IMG/VR virus record: IMGVR_UViG_2885360797_000005
Length of the DNA: 64,000 bases
Source of the DNA: a virus
Taxonomy: Duplodnaviria; Caudoviricetes
Reading direction: 5' to 3' (one strand)
How positions within the stretch are numbered: the first letter of the stretch is position 1; each line of letters opens with the position of its first letter. Shown here piece after piece: positions 20,001 through 29,000 of this stretch. The notes under the pieces were generated by a model. That model was not told where the DNA came from. It ran no database searches and saw only the letters and a program-made list of their open reading frames with translations. The position numbers were made by a program, and so were the translations under genes.

Positions 20001-23000
20001 AGTATGCTTTGAAACACTCCGCTTTGGTGTGACCCTTGACCTTGTTTTTGTTCAGTCCGAGGGGAACAGCCTCGCCCATTCGTGCCATGCAGAGTTCGCC
20101 CTGCGAGTTCAGCACCATGCTTCCCTCCTTGACACCCTCGCCGAGTTGCTCATTGATTCGGGTTATCTCATCTTCGACTTTCGGCGCGGCTGTGGCTTCC
20201 TCTTCCATGTCGGCGAAACTGCTTGCCCATTCGGACAACATCTTCGACTGTTCCTTTTCCTTGACTGGGAAGAGGGCGCGACTGGTCGGGAAGCGTGTTT
20301 CACCACGCTCAAAGTTGAACATCATCTCGCCTGCCATATTCTCCGGATGTTCCGCAAAATATTTGTTGTACATCATGCTGTACTGCTTGATGACGGGAAT
20401 TTCCTGACCTTTGACCTTGCGAGTGTCGCCAGTATCATAGTCAGCCACGCGCACACCTATTGCATCCGTCACGTCTATGGCATTAGGTGAGGGCTTGCCG
20501 TTGACGCGCTTGCGCACAACGATGATGTCCGAGGTTGCCCCGGTGCCTCCGAATGTCTTGTTGTGCATACGGAAAGCACCTACAACGTCAGCATTACCCT
20601 CGCCGATAATCCAAAGGCGAAGTTCCTTTGAGTTGTCCATCGTGCCGCTTGACGTGATGAATATGCCAATACCGCCCTCGCGGAGTTTGCGGATATTCTT
20701 CGCAATGCAGAAATCGTGGATGTCATGGAATTTCTTGGAGAGGTCTTTGTCGCCTGTCTCGTCAAACACTTTCGCACCAGTTATGAAAGGCACGTTGGTA
20801 ATGGCGAGGTCAACGGTGCCGTTCTGCACTCGCGTTTTCTCAAAGCCTTGTATCTCCACCTTGGCATCCGGGTAGAGCAACGAGAGGATTCCGCCAGTGG
20901 TGCGGTCAATCTCAACGGCATGGATTGAGCTGCGCTCACTCATGTCGGTAGGCATAAGTCCGATGATATTGCCGATACCTGCTGACCCCTCAAGCACGTT
21001 GCCGCCCTTGAAGCCCATAGCGCGTGCTACATCCCACATGGTGTCTATGACCTCGGCAGGAGTGTAGTAAGCGGAACGGCGGCTGTCCACAGCGTCTTGA
21101 TAGCCGTCCTCGCCCAGTAGTTCTTTCAGACGTTTGGCAATCGGGTTCGGAGTATAGCCCTGCTCATTGAAAGCCTTGCCCAGTCCACCCCAACCGCTGA
21201 ACTTACGGAGTACGGCCATCTGTTCGGGTGTGGCGGTTTCGCCTGCGTCAAGCAGTCGCTTGGCAAGTTCGATCGCTTCCATATTGGCCTTGATGCGTGC
21301 GTCCTCGCCTTTGGGGGCATAGTCAACGCCACGCTCGGCATGGTTGTTGCGGACATTCTTCCGCTCCGATTCGGGGACCGGCTCAATTACTGGTTGGCTC
21401 TTAGGCTTTCGAGGTACGCCTGCGCCTCGCTCTCCGTCAGACATAGGATTGACGCTACTACGTCCACCCATTCCTCGTCCGTCAGTTCCTTTAACTTCAT
21501 TCCGTTGGCTCTCTCCCAACGGTTCATGCGATTGAGGTTCGTGTCCTCTTTCTCGCTCGGCAGTGCCGGGGCGAGGTTGTACGTCAGTTTCTTCATGATT
21601 GCTTGAGTTTTGAGTGTTATCGAATAGGCCGCCGAACAAATCTCCGACAGGTTGTTCCGGCTTCAAAGTTACATCTTTTTTGCGAGAACTTCGCTTCTTC
21701 TCCTGTGCGGCTCTTGCTACACGCTTTGCCTCGCCGAAGATTCCATCGGCAGGCTTGACGCGGCTCCAGTCTCCCTTTTCTGACATGACATCCTTGACAG
21801 CCTCAAAGATAGGCCCACCGTCAGTGTCAAAATCTTCTATCTTGACTTTCTCCCAATTGCCGTTGCCGTAACGGTCCCACATGACCTCATCGCCGACCTT
21901 GTAGCCGTTGTGAGTCACGTCTACTTTTCGCTCTTCGGCAAGCTGCGCTTCAACTTCGGGAGTGATGGTATATGGAGATTCGCCACGTTCTGCCATATCA
22001 GACCATTCATGCCAAAGCTCATCTACAGACTTTTCTTTAGGAAGATAGTCGCGTGTAATCTCTTTTACCCTGCGCAGAAAATCGGCATAGGTTGATTCAA
22101 CCGGGGCATACATATTGTAGCCCCAACGTTCCATACCGCTCCCATTCGGATTTTCCACCCGGTATAGTATCCGCTCAACGGCAAGATTGTCACCACGTCT
22201 ACGTGTGCCTCTTTCTGCAACTGGTTCAAGACCGATATAGATGGCGAGTATTCTTCCCTCGTTGAGAGGGAGATTTACAATTACGTCACCACCTGCCGGG
22301 GCGATGTTCGCTCTTACCGCAGTGCCTTTCTTGACTCTCTTGCGGCCGAGCGTGGTCGCACTCGTGACTTTAATGTCAATGCCGAGGTCGTTTACCAACT
22401 GCTTTGCAAGTTTTGTAGCATCTGCCACGGCTTTTTTCTCTGCTGTGAGCATATAGCCGTAACTCTCATGGAACTTTGAATCGTCCTCAACGGCTTCATA
22501 GTAGCCGAGGACTGCCAGTTGGTCGTTGATCTCGTCAAGTGTTTGGTCAATCAGTTCTGAGGCTCGGTTGAGTTCGCCTGCGTCTGCTGAAGTTTCTGCG
22601 ATACTTTCTGCCTCGCCTGCAACAGCCTCTGCTTTTTCTGCAAGAGCTGCTGTATCTGCTTCTGTCTGCTTGTCATTTTCTCTTCGGTTTTTGTTTCGGG
22701 TTTCGGTAAGTTCTTTCTGCGCCTGCGCGGATGCGGTTGAGGCTTTGCGCTCTTCCACAATCATAGCCGCCTGCGCGATTGGGTCAGCCTGCTTCTTGTC
22801 GAAGTTCTGCACGTCAAACGTGGCAACCTGCTCGGTCGGTGTAAAGGTATATTTGTCATAGCCGGGTGTCCAGCGTGCGCCCTCATAGAACGATTTGAGC
22901 CACGGACGTATCTTGTCGCCCAACAATCCCACCATCTTGGTGGCATAGTCGGGGAATGCCGTTGTGCCTCGCTCGATAAGACCCATAGCAAGACGGATGC

Positions 23001-26000
23001 CTGCGGACTGGATGCGCTGACGCTCCTGCGCTGTCAGTTCGCCGGGGTCGCGGAACTTGATGTTGGTGTCGCCCTCGTCATCGCCTATGCCCAACAGGTC
23101 GCGCAACTCGTCAGCCAAAGACTTCATTTCGTCATCGCTGATTTCGTGCTGTTGCTCCGGCTCTGCCTTGACTGGTTCGGCGTGGTCGCTCAACTTGGTT
23201 TCTCCTTTGGTCGACAGGTCGGTCATCACATCTTCAAGGCTGACGCGGTTGATAGGTGCTTTCTTCGGCTTCCGTGCAGGCTTCTTCTCCGCAGGAGCCG
23301 CAGGAGCGACAGCCTCACGGAGTTCCTCGGCGGTCATTGGCTGTGCGTCCGCAACCGCTTCTTCGTTGCCAATCATCTCGGCGAGTTGGCGTGCGGCTTC
23401 CTCACTGCGCATCATGTAACCGCCCTGCTTGCGGTCATACCAACCGCGAGAGGTTTTCTTACCCTCGGTGAGAGGCTCACGCGCGAATGTGTCAAGAGCC
23501 GCCTTTTGCTCGGCGGTCAGTTCGCGGTTGAACTTGACAAGGTGAACATCGCTCGTCTTGCCTTTCTTGTTGGTGTAGGTTGTCGGCGTAATGGTGTACG
23601 GTTCAGAACTTTCCGCGCTCTCCGTTTGTTTATCTGCTGACAAAGTATTAACTTTGCGGTCAGAAGGCGAGTCGAGCGTAGGGCCGGAAAGGGCACCGGC
23701 CTCCTCCGAAGATTCGGAGGGCAGTATGAGGGATTGCCCGTCCTCACGCTCTTTCCCCTTAACATTATTGTCGGACGTAGGAACAAGGTCCGGTCCCTCC
23801 GATTCACTCGGAGCCTCGGTTAAGTACCTTTCAGAACTGGGGGACAAACTTTCAGAGAGATGTAGAATTTTACCATTCTGCATCTCTTTCTTTATTGCTT
23901 TACCCTCGGCTTCATGGCTGCTTATTGATACCTCCATGCCGTCACGCTGAACGGTTACAGATTCAAAATGCACAAGACGGCTTCCATCGGATTTGATGAA
24001 CGTCTTTACAAACAGATATTTGCTGTCTCGCTCTGCACCTTCAGCAGGTGCGTTTTTCTCAATGATGACATCGGGAGTGTTGAGTGTAGGATGTATCATG
24101 CTGAAATACTCTGTCCTTTTCAGTGAGTAGAGTTTCAGCAACTGGTTTGCACCCATCTTGACAATGCCTATGGGAGTTTCAACAGTGCCGTCCTCTCCGA
24201 ACTGGGCAATCCAGTTTTCGGGCGTGAGTTCAATTGAGGGAGCGACTTCGGCGGTTGCTTCCATTCGTGCAATCAACTCCGTTGCTTCCTGCTCGGTGAG
24301 TGAGCGTCCAATCATGCCGTTGCCCTCAATAGCCTTGACGCTCTTGTACTCGGCAAAGGGCTTGGTCTTACGTCTGCTCGACTGAATCCACTTCTTGAAC
24401 TCTTCCTTGCTGACGTGGGTAATCGCGCCGAGACCGGTCCAACCCGGCTCATAGTTGGAGAGGTATGCGTAACGCGCGGCCTGCTCCGTGGGGAAGCCGT
24501 ACATAACCTTATGCTCGTCAAACGAGCCGTCCTCGTTCACTTGGTCAACGACAAACACATCGCCCTCTTCGGGAGTGTCGGAAAGGAACACGTCAATGTG
24601 GTCGCCGTCCACGCCCTCAGTCCCACGGATATATCCGTAGTCGTTCTGCATGGTAGTTTCCCACGGCTTGCCGTCCGCTCCAGTACCTCGGCGTACACTA
24701 CCTTTGGCGTTCTCAATGCTGACGTTGTAGCCGTCAACCTTGCGATGTTCCATCTTGTAGTTGCCTGCGGCTTTCTGCGCCTCAGTCGGTTCGGACTGCA
24801 TACCTCCGTCAACCTTTAGCTCGGCGGACGGATGTCCATCAATATACTGGGCAATCTCGGCGATGTCGCCAAAACGCTTGCCGTCAAATTCAAAGTATGA
24901 GCCTGTGTAGTGTCCGTCCTCATTGGGTGCGTCAACTTGCGTAACTATGTGAGTGCCGTCAATGATGATTTCACACTTATAAGTGGGCTTGTCACTGTCA
25001 CCCTCTTCCCAGTCGTTTTCAGTAATCTCAACACGGGCCGCGAGTGCCTGCTCTTCGGGAGTCAGTTCCTCGCGAGTGCCTGCTACTGGCTGTTGAGGCT
25101 CTGCACTGCGTTCAACATCATTCGGAGTTTGTTCACTTTCTTGGTCTCGTCCAAGCTGTTCTGCTTCTGCTCTGCGCTTGCGTTCCGCAATGGCAGCTTC
25201 CACGAGTGCCTGCTGTTCTTTGGGGGTTGCATTTCTGAAATGTTCGTTTACATTGGTGAGTATTTCTTCTTTTGAGGGGATCGAGCCTGAAAACATGTCA
25301 AGTTGACCGCCCGAAGCTTGTGCAGCCTCGTTGTTGTATGAGGTCAGCACCTTGCGCAGGTCGCTCGGCTTACCGCTGTTGAGAATGTCTGCAAGCAGGA
25401 GTGCGGTCGCGTCAGTCACACGGCTGTCTCCAAACTCATCATCAAACAATCCCTGCATACGTCCGAAGGGCGACACTGGCATTCCATCGGTATATACGTC
25501 CGGCATAGCGGCCTTGGCGCGAGTAACAAGGTCTACAGCCTTTGCAAGTTCCTCGCTGATGTCGTAGCCGTTTCGGGCAAGAGTGCGGTTATTGGCAATC
25601 TCATTCAATCCCATAACGATTGACTGGCGAAGTGTCGGCATAGAGATTATCTGACGCACTGCATCGGGCGAGGTTTGGAACACCTTGCCGATAAGAGTGT
25701 TTTCGATAAGTTCCTTTCCTGCGGCCGACAACGCCGTGCCTGTCCGCAGTTCGGGCATCTGCATATCGTTGATGACTCCTGCCTGCATGAGTGCGCCCAG
25801 TGCGTGAGCTACGGCTTTCTCGTCAGCATAGTAGTCCGAGAGGCGGTCGTAACGGCTGATGTCGTTGACAATGACGTTGAACACATTGTCGGGGACAATC
25901 TTTCCGAGTTTCACGGCGGCTTCGGGCTTGCCCTGCGATTTCTTCTCCTGCGCGTTGAACCGAGCAAAGGTTGTGGCATCGTAAGGAAGAGCCTCGTCCG

Positions 26001-29000
26001 GCACGAACACCACGCGCGGATTCTTCATACTTGCCACCTGCTCCGGGGTAAAGCCGTATTTCTTGTGTCCGAACTGCGCGAGGTAGTCATTGTATGCCCT
26101 ATCTGTGCCTTGACGCGCTGCGAGGTCGCCCGACATGGTGCGATTGTTGCCCGACAGCACCACGCCGTCCTTGCTCACTATTACTGGGTCTTGCAGGGCG
26201 CGGTTGTCATAGTTGCCTGCCATACCCTCAACTTTCTGCTGTGCGTCCTTATCACGCTGATAGTCGCGGTCGTTGACGCTTTGGCCGTTCTCATCAATCG
26301 GGAAACCCTCGGTGGGTGCATAAGCATTGTTCACATCATGGCTCGGCGAGGCGGCTCCTGCCTCGGTCAGAATGTATCTGCCGGAGATAGTAGAGCCGTC
26401 GGGCAGGGTCAGAGCGTCCTCGTTACCCTCCACCTTAGGAGCGGACTCCCAACGCTCGCGTATCTTCGGATTGACGGCATGAACGCCGATGCGCTCCTGC
26501 TCGGCCTGCTTCTCTGCCTTGATGCGCTGTTCCTCTTCAAATCGGGCGACAGCCTTATCATGGGCGATTGCGTCACGCTGACGGCGTTCCTCTTCCTGCT
26601 GACGGCGCAGCTCGGCTTTGCGCGTGTTGTGGACGGCAACAATGCCGTTCCATGCGTCAATGCGTGCCTGCGCCTCGGCAATCTGCTGATTGTACAGGGC
26701 GAGGTCGTTCTGATACTGCTCGGCTGCCTTGCGCTTGGCTTCTGCCATGGCCATGGGCGAACCTTTCAGTTTGGGGGCCTTCATTGTCGGCGGCTTCTTA
26801 TTGAGAGCTTCGAGGTCGGCGGTCGCCTGCTGAACCTGCGCCAAAGCGATTTCAACGGCATCATCCTCACCGCCGACAGCCTCAACAAGACCATCCCAGG
26901 CCGTTTCCTTATCCACGGCTTCAAAACTCGGCTCTCCTTTCTCGTTGAGAGGAATGCGCGAGAGTGCGGTCTGCTGTCCGTTTTCTACACTTGGGACCGT
27001 TTCGGGCGCGGTTTCTGCGTCTGAAACTGGGTTTTCCGTAGGATTGGGAACGCTTTCGGGCATTTCGGGAACGCTCTGCGCTTCCATAGCCCTGTTCTGC
27101 TGTTCGTATTCGTAAGCCTCAAGCAGACCACGTCCGAAGTCAGTCAGACGGTTGGAATCGGCGCGGAGGTTCTCAATCTCGGCGTTTAGTTTGACATCAT
27201 CGAAATTCTTTGCATCGTTCAGTCCGCTTTCATAGCCTCGGTCATACGCCTCGGTGTCGGCGGTCGCAGGTGCTTCCGCTTCGGGCTGGGCAAATGGGTC
27301 TATATCGTCCTGCTGTGGCTCTTCTCCCTCGGCAGATTCTTCGGGGGCAACGGCATTGTCGCCAAAGATATTCATCTGCTCCTGCTCGATCACCGACAAA
27401 GCGGTGTCCAGTTCGTCCTGCGGATTGACAGCCTCGGACACTTTGAAGATTTGGTCGGGGGATGTAAACTGATATTCCCCGGTCTGCGCGTCCATGACAA
27501 CGACACTCTCCGAAGAGTTGTGTACGTCAACGGCTGTGCCATCGGGGAACATTACAACATCACCCTTGACAATATAGACCGGTCGGTCATCCACTTTCAT
27601 GGTGGCAGGAATAATCACGCCATTGTCCTTGTGGGTGCGCTTGGCAACACTTTCCTCAACCTCGGCACGCTTGCGGTCGGCAACCTCGTTGGATGCGTCC
27701 ATAACGCCGTCAAGAGCCGCCTTCGCATTGATGTAGTAGAGGACAGCGTCTTTCTGCTCAATAGTCAGTTCGGGGTCATTGACCAACGCCCACGGATTTT
27801 CATTCACATGGAACATATAGTATTCGGCTTCAGAACCGAAAGCGTCCTCAACCGCTTGGTATGCTTCCTGCATACGCAGGGCGATAGCGTCCACGTCTGC
27901 CTGCACGGTCGGGTCGCCCTCTTCAAAGCGTCCGAACAACTCACGGCCCTGCTCATATTGGCTTTGCGCCTCTGCCTGCTCCGCAGTAGGCTCTGCGGCC
28001 TGCTGACGTACCTCTTCGGGAAAGAGCCGTTCAAGATACGTCTTGACGGCATCCTGCTCCGCTTTGGTGCGCTTGCTTGGCATCTTGCGCAGGACTGCAT
28101 CTACATCAATGCCAGTTTCCTCTTTCAGAGCCTCGCGGATTGCTTCGGGGCGATAGCGGTCGGCAATGTCGCGGTTGCGCTCCATAGCATCATCAAGGAA
28201 CTCAACCAACTGCTTCTGTGATTCGGTCACGTCCTTGTTACCGGCCTTGACTTCGCGATAGATTCTCTTGATGGTTGCAGGGTCGGCACCGGGCGACACC
28301 TCGCTGATAGCGGCATCAAGCACCATGTCATCGGCAACGGCCTCCTTGTACCGCTCACCAACGTCCACCGAGTTGAGTTCTGCCTGACGCATGATGTTGT
28401 CGGTTTCCTGCTTGGCTTCCTGCTCGTTCTTGAACGTGCGACTGGTAACGACCTCGCCATTGGCGGCTATGGAGTTGACGGTCACACGTCCGTCAGCGTC
28501 CGTGTTGGTGGTGTAACCAGTAACGGAAGCCATCGGAAGTCTGCGCCCAGTAAGTATGTAGTAGGCTTTTGCGCGTGCGGACTGGCTCACATTGCCGTCC
28601 TGCATGAGTTCTTCCATTGAGGAATAGCCGTCAAATTCGGGATTACGGCTGATTGTTTCAGCCTCAACGCGCTCTGCTCTCAACTCAATCGCTCCCTCGG
28701 TAGGGTTTGGTTGAGATACTTCCTGCACTCGGTCACGGCTGAACAGGTCGGCGAGTTCGCCATAGCCTGCCCTGCGCAGCTCTTCGCGCTCATCGGTGGT
28801 AAACCGCATTGCCTCTGCTACACGTCCGGCATCGTCAGCCCCTGTGAGATTGTTTATGTTGGCAGGGTCAAGAGCCTTGCGGATTCTCTCCTCGAAGTCC
28901 ATGCGGTTGTGGTTGCGCTCTGCCTGCGTCAGCGGTCGGCCGTTGACTGGCTTGACTGGGCGCAAACTGGCGATAACTCGCGGTGCGCTCTTGAGTCCGT

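Noticed and set aside
11542-22855. Other antisense TAnnTTTG matches in the giant gene (11542, 13497, 22848)
   Set aside because: Expected by chance; I saw no accompanying structured, terminated unit
23674-23846. Canonical tRNA gene or HDV-like ribozyme
   Set aside because: No TTCRA T-loop or CCA end; the GGCCGG...CCTCCTC resemblance to HDV does not give the nested double-pseudoknot pairing order
25675-27024. 449-aa + strand ORF and many other long antisense ORFs over phage genes (e.g. 3040-3807, 15628-16497, 27451-28221, 30937-31848)
   Set aside because: Shadows of GC3-biased sense genes; no recognisable motifs or initiation signals
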